A DNA stretch of 64,000 bases from an uncultured bacterium (GCA_965541585.1 CBEUCH010000010.1:1-64000); one strand, 5' to 3'. Shown: positions 1 to 10,271, counted from the first letter of the stretch. Translations and numbers: made by a program. Notes: generated by a model not told the origin, from the sequence alone.

Positions 1-2
1 AA

Positions 3-818
3 ACTCAGCTCGAGACGGATAGGAGGCTGGTGCGAAACAGGATTCGGGACCTCAAAAAGAAACTGGAGGCGATTGAGAGCGAGAGGCGAATTCAACGCAA
101 AGAACGCGCCAAACTTTTCAAGGTCTGCCTGGTAGGGTATACCAATGCCGGCAAATCCACAATATTCAATGCTCTAACCGGAGAAAACATAGTGGCCGAG
201 GATTACCTGTTTGCTACTCTGGATTCTACAACCAGACGCGTAAAGCTCTCCGGCCGAAACGAGATCTTATTGTCCGATACTGTTGGATTTATCAAACGTC
301 TGCCGGTGTCTCTCGTAGCCTCATTCAAATCAACACTTCGGGAGGCCTCCGAGGCCGATCTGCTATTGCATGTGATAGACGTCCACGAGCACTATTTCGA
401 GGAGCAGATTGCCGCCGTCAATGGTATCTTGGATGAGATCGGCTGCGGCAATATTCCGACGATGAACCTGTTCAATAAAAGAGATATAAGAAACGATCCT
501 GATCTGTTTCGGGCACTTCTTGGAAGATACCCGGGATCGCGGTTTGTCTCGGCCAAAACGGGCGAAGGTATGAATCAGATCAGGGCGGATCTGGATCAGC
601 TGATAGAGACATCGAAAGTCACCATTGTGGCCAGAATCGAGCCGGATCACGGCGATAAAATAAACCTGGTAAGCTCGCTCGGGCATCTGCTCAATTCTGT
701 TTCCGACGATGGAGTTCTAAAGGTTACCGTCAGGCTTCCGCAGAGAGTGCTGGGGAAGCTGAAAAGCGAGGGGATTGAATTCGCTATATTAGAGGGCGAC
801 CATGGATCTAAAGAATAA
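3..818 (+). CDS. hflX: GTPase HflX (5' truncated by window edge)
   Basis: Frame is open from position 3 (TQLETDRRL, typical of HflX). G1 GYTNAGKS, LFATLD and DTVGFI motifs are present. Confidence 0.96.
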   Translation, partial: TQLETDRRLVRNRIRDLKKKLEAIESERRIQRKERAKLFKVCLVGYTNAGKSTIFNALTGENIVAEDYLFATLDSTTRRVKLSGRNEILLSDTVGFIKRLPVSLVASFKSTLREASEADLLLHVIDVHEHYFEEQIAAVNGILDEIGCGNIPTMNLFNKRDIRNDPDLFRALLGRYPGSRFVSAKTGEGMNQIRADLDQLIETSKVTIVARIEPDHGDKINLVSSLGHLLNSVSDDGVLKVTVRLPQRVLGKLKSEGIEFAILEGDHGSKE

Positions 819-1530
819 AAGGGCGTTAATAACCGGGGCATCGAAAGGCATGGGGGAGGCGATTGCGGGGGCTCTGGCAACGGCAGGAGTTAAGATATTC
901 CTGACAGCGCGCGATGGAGAATCTTTGAAGAGAATGAAATCGGATCTGTCTCGAAAAGGGGCGGATGTCGATTTTGCGGTGGCCGAACTGGCCGACGACC
1001 TGCAGCTGGAAAGAATGTTCGCAAGCGGACTTAAGTTTCTCGGCGGAATAGATATCCTGATAAACAATGCCGGGATTGGCATAAAGGGCAATGTGGCAAG
1101 CATTGATATCGCCGATTGGGATCGGATGTTTGCGGTCAATATGAGGGCCGCCTTCCTGTTATCCAGGCTTGCGGCAAGGGAAATGATGCAGCAAAAGTCG
1201 GGATATATAATCAATATTGGTTCCGGAGCTTCGCAGACCCCCATCGCAGGTTATGCAGGATATTGTGCTACCAAATACGGTCTTTTAGGATTCTCGGAGT
1301 CGCTCGGTCTGGAACTTCGCGAGCACAATATCAAGGTGTCGATCCTCATGCCGGGTTCTACCGCCACTCATTTCGGCGGCGGCAGCCCCGATGATAAGAT
1401 GGTGTCGAAGCCGGGGATCTTGCGCCCGAAAGATGTGGCGGATTCGGTCCTGTACCTTTTGAATCAGAGCGATATTGCCTGGACATCGGTGATGAATTTA
1501 AGGCCCTTGAATTTAAAGAAAGCCCAATAA
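802..1530 (+). CDS. SDR family NAD(P)-dependent oxidoreductase
   Basis: TGASKGMG Rossmann motif, NNAG, and catalytic YCATK (YxxxK). Confidence 0.93.
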   Translation: MDLKNKRALITGASKGMGEAIAGALATAGVKIFLTARDGESLKRMKSDLSRKGADVDFAVAELADDLQLERMFASGLKFLGGIDILINNAGIGIKGNVASIDIADWDRMFAVNMRAAFLLSRLAAREMMQQKSGYIINIGSGASQTPIAGYAGYCATKYGLLGFSESLGLELREHNIKVSILMPGSTATHFGGGSPDDKMVSKPGILRPKDVADSVLYLLNQSDIAWTSVMNLRPLNLKKAQ

Positions 1531-1549
1531 CCTTTTGAGGGAGGGAGTT

Positions 1550-2026
1550 ATGAAGATCGTGTTGTTATGGTTGCTTATCCTGGCGATTGCCGCTTCGCCG
1601 CTTCTGGCGCAGTCTACGGCAACTCAGGATACAACGAAAGAAGCCGTTGAGAGGGAGGCAACCGAGCCAGCCGAGGTTGAGAGTGCCATGCCGGAAGCCG
1701 AATCGCCCCTTTCTATCGAGAGCATGACATTCTGCACCGGTGTCGAGGAGAGAGAGCCCGTGGAAGGCGGATTGGAATTCTCTACCGACGTTGGCAAGCT
1801 CTATTTCTGGAGCAATATCTTGAATGAAGGCGAGGAGACCACCGCCGAGCATGTCTGGTACCTCAACGGCGAGGAGAAAGCCAGGGTGCAACTACCCATC
1901 AGATACCCTCGCAACAGGGTGTGGAGCTCCAAGATTATTCCTGCGGAATGGGACGGCCAGTGGGTAGTCGAGATTGTTGCGGCCGGCGGCGTCAAATTGG
2001 GAGAGGAATCCTGCACGGTAAGATAA
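1550..2026 (+). CDS. Secreted DUF2914-like protein
   Basis: ATG at 1550 follows a GAGGGAG RBS. Signal peptide, acidic linker, then a C-terminal domain with CTGVEEREP..HVWY..RVWSSK..WVVEI, the pattern of DUF2914. Confidence 0.75.
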   Translation: MKIVLLWLLILAIAASPLLAQSTATQDTTKEAVEREATEPAEVESAMPEAESPLSIESMTFCTGVEEREPVEGGLEFSTDVGKLYFWSNILNEGEETTAEHVWYLNGEEKARVQLPIRYPRNRVWSSKIIPAEWDGQWVVEIVAAGGVKLGEESCTVR

Positions 2027-2052
2027 ACCGGGCCGGCCCGGCCGGCAAATCA

Positions 2053-2907
2053 GTGTACGGGGCAATTGCTGTCCATACGCTGATTGCATCGGGAACCTAT
2101 CTTATAGCAAAAGGAGCGATGAGCGAAATCGCTCCTTTTGTTTTTGCGTTCTACAGGTTTTGCCTGGCCTCACTGGTCTTTCTAGTGATTAAAGCTCTGA
2201 GGCGGGATCACCTCCATTTTAGCAGATCCGAATGGCTGCTGATGGCTTTCCTCGGTGTTCTTGCCATCCCCATGAATCAGTGCCTGTTCTTATATGGCCT
2301 CAATTATACCCAGCCAACGCATCCGGCGCTGTTATTCGGCACAACTCCTGTCTGGGTTTATATACTTTCGGCCTGGCGCGGCGAAGAAACCGTATCCACC
2401 AGGAAAACAATGGGGATTGTTATCGCTCTTATCGGCGTGTCGGCCTTCTTTATCGAAAAGGGGATAACCCTTAAGTTCGATTATCTGTTTGGCGATTCCA
2501 TTATAATGATAGCTGTCTGGTCCTGGGCAGCCTATACGGTTGTGGGGAGACCTCTTGTGAAGAAGCGGGGCGCCATGGCTGTAACATCTACATCCCTTAT
2601 CATAGGGACGCTTATATATTTCCCTCCCGGTATATATTTTGCCCTGAACTTCGATTATTCCGGCGTCGGCTGGCTGGGCTGGAGTGGTGTCGTATACACG
2701 GCCGTCTTAATGTCGGTCGTGGCTTACACCCTGTGGTATTGGAGCATCAAACATATCGAAGCCTCCAAAGCAGCTGTATTTATATACCTCCATCCAATAA
2801 TAACCGCCATTCTGGCATATTTTCTGATCGGTGAAAGGCTGTCCGGCGGGAGTATTATTTCAGGTGTTGTAATCTTGATCGGAGTTTATTTTGCGCAGAA
2901 GGGATAG
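2053..2907 (+). CDS. EamA/DMT family transporter (start uncertain; in-frame GTG at 2053)
   Basis: About 10 hydrophobic segments in two repeats. GD-type motif (FGDSIIMIAVWSWAAYTV) and AYTLWY..A..FIYLHP pattern. Confidence 0.85.
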   Translation: MYGAIAVHTLIASGTYLIAKGAMSEIAPFVFAFYRFCLASLVFLVIKALRRDHLHFSRSEWLLMAFLGVLAIPMNQCLFLYGLNYTQPTHPALLFGTTPVWVYILSAWRGEETVSTRKTMGIVIALIGVSAFFIEKGITLKFDYLFGDSIIMIAVWSWAAYTVVGRPLVKKRGAMAVTSTSLIIGTLIYFPPGIYFALNFDYSGVGWLGWSGVVYTAVLMSVVAYTLWYWSIKHIEASKAAVFIYLHPIITAILAYFLIGERLSGGSIISGVVILIGVYFAQKG

Positions 2908-3010
2908 TTTATTAGAGCAGTGGCAATTGACTTAAGGCATTTTGCCAAGGCTCCAATACACTAAAGGATCACCTTGACTTTAAGCTCAACATAGGATTTT
3001 TTGGTTCGGT

Positions 3011-4759
3011 ATGAAAAAGGATAACCGTTCATCGTTACGGGTTCTACGCCCCTATTTGCTCAAATATAAAAAGCTCTGGATCGCCGGGCTGTTTTCGGTG
3101 GCCATGACGGACGCTTTCAAGTTGGCCGCCCCCTGGATACTCAAAGACGCATTCGATGCTCTGGAGGCCGGGGTAACTACGGGCGGCCTGGTTCGATATG
3201 CGACGTTGATCATAGTCGCCACTCTCATTTCAGCAATATTCAGATTCTTCATGCGACAAACCATGATAGTCGCCTCGCGAAAGATCGAATACGATTTCAG
3301 AAACAGTTTCTTTGCACACCTTTTAACTCTCGATCGTCCCTACTATGATAAAATACCAACGGGGGATATCATGGCCCGCGCCACCAACGATATGGACTCG
3401 GTGCGAAGCATGATAGGCCCCGGAATAATGTATTTCTGCTCCACCGTCGTAACTCTGACCCTGGCGCTTCCGCTGATGATAACAATCAGCCCGCAGCTGA
3501 CCTTGCTTTCGATGATACCGCTTCCCGTGATCACGATCCTGGTGTTTTTCCTGGGCCGGGAGATCAACAGACGTTATATGAAAATTCAAGAGCAATACTC
3601 CACTATAACAGCTCGCGCCCAGGAGAGTTTCTCCGGTATCAGGGTCGTAAAAGCCTATGTACAGGAGAATGCCGAAATAGATGATTTCTCACTTCTCAAT
3701 CTCGACTATATCAGAAAAAACATGTCCATGGTTAAGGTCTGGGCGATATTTTTCCCGGCCATCGTTCTTTTCAGCGGGACCGCCGTAATAATGGTCTTAT
3801 GGTTCGGCGGTAAAGCCGTGATTTCAGGGTCGATTACGCTGGGAGACTTTGTTGCTTTCACCATGTATCTTCTGCTTTTGATCTGGCCCATGGCGGCGCT
3901 GGGATGGGTGGTGGGTCTTTATCAGAGAGGAAAAGCATCATTGTCGAGAATCGAGCAGATTCTGAACACCCGGCCGACCATCAAAAATATCAAGAAACCG
4001 ATATCAAAGGAAATAGAAGGAAAAATCGAATTTAAGAATCTGCGATTCGCCTATGATTCAACCGAGGTCCTGACAGGAATTGACGCTGTAATAGAGCCCG
4101 GGACGGATACGGCCATAATCGGGGGGACGGGGAGCGGGAAAACCACCCTGATTTCGCTTCTGATGAGAGCCTACCCGGTCGAGCGCGGCATGATCTTTAT
4201 CGACGACATCGATATCAACGACTATGACCTTCATTCGCTTCGCTCGCAGATCGTTCCGGTGATGCAGGAGACATTTTTGTTCTCGGAGACCATAAAAAGC
4301 AATATCTCCTACGGCAATTACGATCTGAGCCTGGAATCGGTGACGAAATACGCCGTGGCCGCCGGCGTGGCGGGGGAGATTGAAGATTTTCCACATAAAT
4401 ACGATACTCTCCTTGGCGAGCGCGGAATAACCCTCTCAGGCGGACAGAAACAAAGAACCGCGCTGGCCCGCGCACTGTCGTCGGCACCCAGAGTGCTCAT
4501 CATGGATGACGCTTTTTCGTCGGTTGATACCCATACCGAGGAGGAGATTCTCACCAACCTCAGGCAGATTTTGAAGGGGAAAACCACTTTCATTATATCG
4601 CACCGTATATCCACCATCAAGAGCGCCGATGTGATCTTCGTAATAGCAGATGGGAAAATTGCCGAAAGAGGGAAACACCATGATCTTCTTGCGGTCGGTG
4701 GCCACTATGCTCGACTATACAAAAGGCAGCTGATTGAAAGAGAACTGGAGGCGCTTTGA
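3011..4759 (+). CDS. ABC exporter, fused permease/ATPase (MdlA/MsbA-like)
   Basis: N-terminal TM domain, Walker A GGTGSGKT, signature LSGGQKQR, Walker B IMDD, H-loop SHR. Confidence 0.95.
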   Translation: MKKDNRSSLRVLRPYLLKYKKLWIAGLFSVAMTDAFKLAAPWILKDAFDALEAGVTTGGLVRYATLIIVATLISAIFRFFMRQTMIVASRKIEYDFRNSFFAHLLTLDRPYYDKIPTGDIMARATNDMDSVRSMIGPGIMYFCSTVVTLTLALPLMITISPQLTLLSMIPLPVITILVFFLGREINRRYMKIQEQYSTITARAQESFSGIRVVKAYVQENAEIDDFSLLNLDYIRKNMSMVKVWAIFFPAIVLFSGTAVIMVLWFGGKAVISGSITLGDFVAFTMYLLLLIWPMAALGWVVGLYQRGKASLSRIEQILNTRPTIKNIKKPISKEIEGKIEFKNLRFAYDSTEVLTGIDAVIEPGTDTAIIGGTGSGKTTLISLLMRAYPVERGMIFIDDIDINDYDLHSLRSQIVPVMQETFLFSETIKSNISYGNYDLSLESVTKYAVAAGVAGEIEDFPHKYDTLLGERGITLSGGQKQRTALARALSSAPRVLIMDDAFSSVDTHTEEEILTNLRQILKGKTTFIISHRISTIKSADVIFVIADGKIAERGKHHDLLAVGGHYARLYKRQLIERELEAL

Positions 4760-5307
4760 GTTTCGTATCCGCGCAGACAGAGAAGATGGAGATGCTTTAC
4801 GGCAAACCGGATTGCCTGAACAAGACGCAGAAAATGACGGTCGAGGAGCTGGCGGTTGTCAGGGCCAGCATGAAAGAAGGACGCGCCCATGATATCACTC
4901 TATATATCAGGAAGGGGGACGGCTACATCTTTATAGCAAAACCGTTCTATCCGCCCGGGCTCTATCGTGCGCCATCCGGCGGCGTCCAGCGCGGCGAGGA
5001 TTTCGAGTCAGGCGCCAAAAGAGAAGCGCTGGAGGAGACCGGCGTCGATATCGAATTGGAAAAATATATCTTGCGAATTGACGTCTCTTTTCAGTCTCCC
5101 GGGGAATCGATCGATTGGACGTCGCATATCTTCACAGCGTGCTATAAGGGTGGGGAAATTGAACCATTAGACAGAAGGGAAATCAGGGAGGCGAAAGTGG
5201 TCTACCTCCATGAAATCCCCCGGCTGCAGGAGATGATGCGGAATTCGGGGTCCGGAGGCCTTATCTACAGAGCATATCTTACGGAGGAATCTGTCAAGCG
5301 GCTATAG
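4756..5307 (+). CDS. NUDIX hydrolase
   Basis: Nudix box GGVQRGEDFESGAKREALEETG. The start overlaps the ABC gene stop (TTGA). Confidence 0.9.
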   Translation: MSFVSAQTEKMEMLYGKPDCLNKTQKMTVEELAVVRASMKEGRAHDITLYIRKGDGYIFIAKPFYPPGLYRAPSGGVQRGEDFESGAKREALEETGVDIELEKYILRIDVSFQSPGESIDWTSHIFTACYKGGEIEPLDRREIREAKVVYLHEIPRLQEMMRNSGSGGLIYRAYLTEESVKRL

Positions 5308-5635
5308 ATGTATCGGATATTGATAATAAGATGGAGCTTCCGCAAGGTTTAGAATCTCGACGCAAAGCGTCTGGATTCATCCCCGGGCGGCAGCAAAAGG
5401 GTCGGGCTTTGAATAGATTTCTTATGGTTGCATGCGTAAATGCATTATAACTGAAAATCAGCTGTTTGAAAACGGTGATCTCCACTGTGAATATGTATGC
5501 AGGATCTTGCACTTTTTTCGAAGTCAAGGTTAATTGTCTTGATTTGGGCCGGCGGTATGCTTTTCTTAGCTATTGAGATAGATTAACTTAGAGAGGCGCT
5601 AAGCCGTTGGCGGGTATCGAACAACTTAGGTTGCC

Positions 5636-5651
5636 GGGCACAGAATTTGCC
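5636..5651 (+). promoter_or_regulatory. Putative sigma-54 (-24/-12) promoter
   Basis: gGGCACAGAATTTGCc matches TGGCACRNNNNTTGC spacing, about 25 nt before the ATG at 5676. Confidence 0.65.
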
Positions 5652-5675
5652 CTGTATTCCAGGGGAATATTCTTT

Positions 5676-6935
5676 ATGAGCAGAACAATTGCAAAATCGG
5701 TCTCCTTTCTGACATTGCTTCTGTTGGCGATATGGTGCTCGCCGGCCGGCGCGCAGTGGCAGTTCTATTTTCAGGGATCGGTCATAACCGGGGGTGACCC
5801 TCATGATCTCTATGTCGTCGGCGATTATGCATACCTGGGAGATTGGGGTGCCGGGTTGTCGGTTATCGATATCAGCAACCCGTGGCAGCCGCAACTCATA
5901 TTCGGATATGACACCCCAGGCCTCTCGAATTCAGTGCACGTATTCGGCAATCTGGCGATCGTAGCCGATTGGAGCCGCGGTATATCGATTTTCGACATCA
6001 CCGATCCTGCATCACCCACGTACCTTTCAACATGGGATTCACCAGGGATTACTTATAATGTTTTCGTCATAAGGAACTATGCGTATCTTGCTGATTTCAA
6101 CATGGGTCTGGCGATAATTGATGTTTCGGATCCGTCGAGTCCACAACATGTGGTCACCTTGCCAACTGGAGGTCTGGCTACCGGCGTATGGGGAAACGGT
6201 GACTATTTATATGTCGCGGACTACCCCAACGGCATTCTGGCTTTCGATATAACCAATCCAGCCTCACCCGAGCTGGTCGATACCTTTCTCTCATCGGGAG
6301 ATGCCTTCAACGTTACCGGTTCCGATAATTATCTTTTCTTAAGCGATGGTCTGGAAGGAGTTCAGATTCTGTCGATTGCAAATCCCGCCGATATCTTGTT
6401 TGTATCAACGGTCGATACACCTGACTATGTAAACGATGTCGCGGTCAGTGACACCCTGATGTATGTGGCCGACGATTCGACAGGTGTCATAGCTTACTCG
6501 ATCGCCGATCCATCCATGCCGATAGAGATAGCCACCTATCACAGTCCTGGAAACGCCAAAGGCGTTTTTGCCAGAGGAAGAAATGTCTTTTTGGGCGATA
6601 ACGGTTCTTTCATAGTATTGCTGCTCGGCGACGCTACCGGGGTAGATGATGGCGTTACACCCGAGACACCGTCGGCATTCAGCATTGATGGAATATATCC
6701 GAACCCATTCAATCCTGACGCCACCATCGAATTCTCGTTAGCTGAGAAGGTCTATGTATCTCTGGACGTTTACGATCAGCTGGGCAGACACCTGGAATGT
6801 ATTCTGACCGGGAATCTCGATGCCGGGAGTTATGAATTACGATGGAGCGGCGATGAATGGCCGTCGGGAATCTATTTTTTCAGGCTCTCCGGAAATGGCG
6901 TTTCCCAAACCGTCAAAGCCACGATCCTCAAATAG
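5676..6935 (+). CDS. LVIVD-repeat beta-propeller protein with T9SS C-terminal sorting domain
   Basis: Signal peptide, multiple YAYLAD..GL.IIDVSDPSSP repeats, and a CTD (YPNPFNP...SGIYFFRL...ILK). Confidence 0.9.
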   Translation: MSRTIAKSVSFLTLLLLAIWCSPAGAQWQFYFQGSVITGGDPHDLYVVGDYAYLGDWGAGLSVIDISNPWQPQLIFGYDTPGLSNSVHVFGNLAIVADWSRGISIFDITDPASPTYLSTWDSPGITYNVFVIRNYAYLADFNMGLAIIDVSDPSSPQHVVTLPTGGLATGVWGNGDYLYVADYPNGILAFDITNPASPELVDTFLSSGDAFNVTGSDNYLFLSDGLEGVQILSIANPADILFVSTVDTPDYVNDVAVSDTLMYVADDSTGVIAYSIADPSMPIEIATYHSPGNAKGVFARGRNVFLGDNGSFIVLLLGDATGVDDGVTPETPSAFSIDGIYPNPFNPDATIEFSLAEKVYVSLDVYDQLGRHLECILTGNLDAGSYELRWSGDEWPSGIYFFRLSGNGVSQTVKATILK

Positions 6936-6984
6936 CCTTTAGGGTAACAACCCGAAGATTCTATTATAATGGGAATCCAATAAA

Positions 6985-7013
6985 ATACCCTCCCCGAGAT
7001 TCAGGGAGGGTAT
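6985..7013 (-). terminator. Intrinsic terminator between convergent genes
   Basis: ATACCCTCCC/GGGAGGGTAT 10-bp stem, followed by TTTATT on the minus strand. Confidence 0.75.
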
Positions 7014-7038
7014 GAGTTCTATATTCTTTAGATACGAT

Positions 7039-8091
7039 CTACTTCAGCAAGGTCATCCTCTTCACACTCTCGCCGTTGGAACCGCTCAGGCGGTAGAAAT
7101 AAATACCAGAAGCAGCCTCACTGCCGCTTTCATCGAGGCCGTTCCAGACCACCGAATGATATCCAGCATCGAGAGAACCGTCGATTAAAGTTATGACCAG
7201 AGCCCCGGTGAGATCGTAAACCTCCAGCGAAACAACGCCGCCGTCAGTATGGAAATCGATCTTCGTCTCGGCGTTGAAGGGATTGGGGTAATTCTGTTTT
7301 AATGCAATACTCTGAGGAATCTCAATTTCGTCTTCGATTCCGGTCGGAATCAAATCGGGAATCGCAGCCCGGGCGCCCTGCAATATTTCCCTGTTCTGAT
7401 CGGACTGCACAAATGCCACCAGCATACAATTTTCGGGGTCGAGGGGGTCCGGTGTTTCGAAATCGAATGTGTATTCTACTGTCTCTCCCTCGCTTATGGT
7501 CATCGATTGCCCCGATGTGCTGGGGATCATATCCCGGAATGTCTGATCATGTTGCGTTAGGCCATTAGGAGCCTGCCAGCGTATACCGTTCTCCATGAGC
7601 GCTATTCTCAACTTAAGATTCGATACACGCGGATCAGACTCGGCATAAATGGTAACCGTGAACTCACCCTCCAGAGCATCGGGATCATAATTGCCTGTGA
7701 TATCCATTTCCAGTATGGACGGTACCTGGGTCTCGTTTACAAGCATCCCGGCCCAGGCGTAGCGGTTGGATTCACCATCTATGTGGCCGTCAATGCGAAA
7801 ATGCGGCACGTAGTCGGCGCCGTAATAATTTACTCTAGCCGTGTTCTCCGGGATATTATACCGATAGAATGGATCCCCCGAGCTTGGCCACCAGGCATGA
7901 TAACGTATGAAGATCGCGCTTCCTTCCAGGTCTATTGCCAACTGATCTAAGAGCAGATTAGCAGGATAACAGGGGACGCACGACGTGTTGGTAGACAACT
8001 CTCCGACAACCAGCCTCTCGGCGGCTGAAGCCGTGCCGATTAAGAGCAGTGAGGTAACTGCCACGATCACGATCCCGTTAATAATTTTCAT
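7039..8091 (-). CDS. Omp28-related thioredoxin-fold protein with T9SS CTD
   Basis: GGAGG RBS and signal peptide. ELSTNTSCVPC (CxxC), RVNYYGADYVPHFRIDG and LVAFVQ are Omp28-like motifs. CTD is QNYPNPFN...MTLLK. Confidence 0.85.
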   Translation of the reverse strand: MKIINGIVIVAVTSLLLIGTASAAERLVVGELSTNTSCVPCYPANLLLDQLAIDLEGSAIFIRYHAWWPSSGDPFYRYNIPENTARVNYYGADYVPHFRIDGHIDGESNRYAWAGMLVNETQVPSILEMDITGNYDPDALEGEFTVTIYAESDPRVSNLKLRIALMENGIRWQAPNGLTQHDQTFRDMIPSTSGQSMTISEGETVEYTFDFETPDPLDPENCMLVAFVQSDQNREILQGARAAIPDLIPTGIEDEIEIPQSIALKQNYPNPFNAETKIDFHTDGGVVSLEVYDLTGALVITLIDGSLDAGYHSVVWNGLDESGSEAASGIYFYRLSGSNGESVKRMTLLK

Positions 8092-8273
8092 CGAACCTCC
8101 TTTGGTTGGCGCCATCATTTATGGATAATATAGTAAATCCTCCGGAAAAGGCAACTATTTTTATTATCATTATTACTGCCAGACTGCCGGAGGGACGGAG
8201 CCTCTTGAAGATCTATGTTTTTATCCATTATGATCCGGCTTTTGCCGATGACCATTCAAACCCGATCCAGTTG

Positions 8274-9728
8274 CTAAAATCTCGAGAATAGCATCACCCT
8301 GGTTCCCTCAAATGTAGGCCTGACTTGACATATCCCCGAGGAGCAGAGTAAGCCGCCGCGTTCACCGCCATTGAAGATTACAAGTTCATGCTCTTTATAG
8401 CGCACTACGAGTTCGACAAAGGCAAGTTTTTCGGGATCGCTTCGAATCGTCTCGGTGGTGGTGGAGCCGCCAACGTTTAGCTGGAGGAAGCTGCCCCTGC
8501 TATAGCCCAGGGTCAGGTAATTCTCGTAATAGTGTTCTGAAAATGGGTCCAAAAAGCGGCGGGAATATGCAGTGAAGGAAACAGTGTTGGAGCGGTCTAC
8601 GTAGTAATAACCATCTAAGTAGTTTTCGATCTCATCTTCTCCGGTATAATCAAAGCGGTCCCAGTGATAATTGAAAATCAGATCCTGAAAAACCTGCCAG
8701 CGGACTCCTGCAAATTTCTCGGCCAGATATCTTTTACCGAAAGTGCCGCGAGAAAATGATTCTGAAAAAGAGAAATCAAAGTTCAAATCGAAACTGGGGG
8801 CAATTAAGGCGCTCAGTTGATAGCCTCTTTCGCCCGGCGCTCCCTCCAGGGAGGCTAAGGATCTTCCCTGATGACTTGCCGGAGGGGGATTATTGAAGGC
8901 GCCGGCCGGGCTGGGATAGAGGATATTAATGTAATTCTTGTATTCTCCTACGACGTTTATCAAGCCTTGGGATATTGAAATGTTCGCATAGGTAGCGTCG
9001 CCTCGAACATCCGCCCCGAAGGGATCAAATCCTCTCTTATAAGCGTATTCTCCATAGATATCGAGAGGTCCATAATTGAGCTCAGAGAAAAAAGAGGTTA
9101 AATTTATGTTTGCAGCCCGGTCGAAATTCATGAGGTCATCCTGCTTGAATCTGACGTAGGAGAATCCGAGATTCCCCGGTATTCCCGGGCTGATATTTCC
9201 GCTGATACCCCTCAAAATATATTCTCTCTCGGATGCTGAGAATCCGGTACTCGGTCTGAATCTCAGGCCTCGTGCGGAAAAAGCGTCAAACTCGAAATAA
9301 TCATATAGGCCGGATAGCTTGATACCATCGAGATTGTTGTCGTTGTAACTAAGCGCGTCATCTTGAAAAGCGTTCAAGGTCAGGCCGCGACCGAAAACCT
9401 GATAGAAATTGCCGAGATGAACGGTTAGACCACCGTTATTCCAGCCGAAGTACCTCTGGGTAGTTCTTTCAAAAGATGTATCCGGCCCCATCGGTTCGAA
9501 TATTCTCATCCAGGCACCGGCGTAAAAATCACCGAGATTGAAATCGACTATAAAGCGGTTATCGAGTGAGTCTTCTTTTGTGTCCCTATCATGCCAGTAT
9601 TGCATCCAGTTGGCCGCAGAAACTGACCAGTAATCATCCTGGGCCCTGGCGGTAGAAGGAGAAAAGAGCCCTGAGACGACCATGAGCGCGGTCAATGTTA
9701 TTATGAAAAGAACTCTGCCATTTTCCAT
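8274..9728 (-). CDS. DUF6029-like outer-membrane beta-barrel protein
   Basis: Signal peptide, GNFYQVFGRGLTL motif, amphipathic strands, C-terminal GGLLCSSGICQVRPTFEG and terminal Phe. Confidence 0.75.
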   Translation of the reverse strand: MENGRVLFIITLTALMVVSGLFSPSTARAQDDYWSVSAANWMQYWHDRDTKEDSLDNRFIVDFNLGDFYAGAWMRIFEPMGPDTSFERTTQRYFGWNNGGLTVHLGNFYQVFGRGLTLNAFQDDALSYNDNNLDGIKLSGLYDYFEFDAFSARGLRFRPSTGFSASEREYILRGISGNISPGIPGNLGFSYVRFKQDDLMNFDRAANINLTSFFSELNYGPLDIYGEYAYKRGFDPFGADVRGDATYANISISQGLINVVGEYKNYINILYPSPAGAFNNPPPASHQGRSLASLEGAPGERGYQLSALIAPSFDLNFDFSFSESFSRGTFGKRYLAEKFAGVRWQVFQDLIFNYHWDRFDYTGEDEIENYLDGYYYVDRSNTVSFTAYSRRFLDPFSEHYYENYLTLGYSRGSFLQLNVGGSTTTETIRSDPEKLAFVELVVRYKEHELVIFNGGERGGLLCSSGICQVRPTFEGTRVMLFSRF

Positions 9729-10271
9729 CTACTCTTCCGATCCGGTTTTTTTCTCGTCATCTTCTACCCCTGGAAGATGTTGCAGAATTAATTTCTCGAT
9801 ATGTTCTTCGTCTCCCGGTTTGAAGCCAACAGCGGAGAAAATGACTTTGCCTTGCGGATCGGTCATAACGGAAAACGGCATGGCAAATCCCTTGTATTTG
9901 CGCCGGTACACCTCGCCATCGCGGTCGATGAGGATATCGAAGGAGAACCCGTTAGATTTAACGAAGCTTTTGATCTTGCCTTTGGCCCTCGCTCCCTCGG
10001 TATTGATGGCAAATATTCTAAAGCCCCGATCCCGGTAATCCTGATAAAGCCCCTCGAGAATTTTCAACTCCTCCAGGCAAGGCTTGCACCAGGTGGCCCA
10101 GAACGATATGTAGATCGGCCCTTGGCCCAGATTATCATACAGTGTTACCCTCTTACCGTCCATATTGGGCAGGGTGAAATCGGGAGCCATTTTTGTCTTG
10201 ATATTCTGGCCGGGCGATGCGACCGCCAGAAACATAACTAAAACGGTGGCACAAGAGATTTGCAGTTTCAT
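9729..10271 (-). CDS. TlpA/ResA-like thiol-disulfide oxidoreductase
   Basis: Signal peptide, APDFTL, FWATWCKPC active site and cis-Pro motif (AMP). Confidence 0.93.
   Translation of the reverse strand: MKLQISCATVLVMFLAVASPGQNIKTKMAPDFTLPNMDGKRVTLYDNLGQGPIYISFWATWCKPCLEELKILEGLYQDYRDRGFRIFAINTEGARAKGKIKSFVKSNGFSFDILIDRDGEVYRRKYKGFAMPFSVMTDPQGKVIFSAVGFKPGDEEHIEKLILQHLPGVEDDEKKTGSEE

Noticed and set aside
2028..2041. 14-bp GC palindrome CCGGGCCGGCCCGG after the DUF2914 stop
   Set aside because: Single copy with no U-tract, and it may lie within the EamA 5' region; function cannot be supported.
1921..2052. Extended N-termini in the ORF track (EamA 1921, LVIVD 5607, GT4 45204, murD 59028, ftsW 60448, lnt 39309)
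   Set aside because: They overlap upstream genes or promoters. Downstream starts with an RBS or stop/start coupling fit the protein families better.
5341..5410. GACGCAAAGC 10-mer resembling the c-di-GMP-I riboswitch core
   Set aside because: No GNRA-capped P2 stem, tetraloop receptor or convincing P1. The motif is explained by a simple GACGC-AAA-GCGTC hairpin and lies about 300 nt from the next start, upstream of that gene's predicted promoter.
7039..10271. Selenocysteine (in-frame TGA) in the redox motifs
   Set aside because: All CxxC positions are ordinary Cys codons and the ORFs are uninterrupted.
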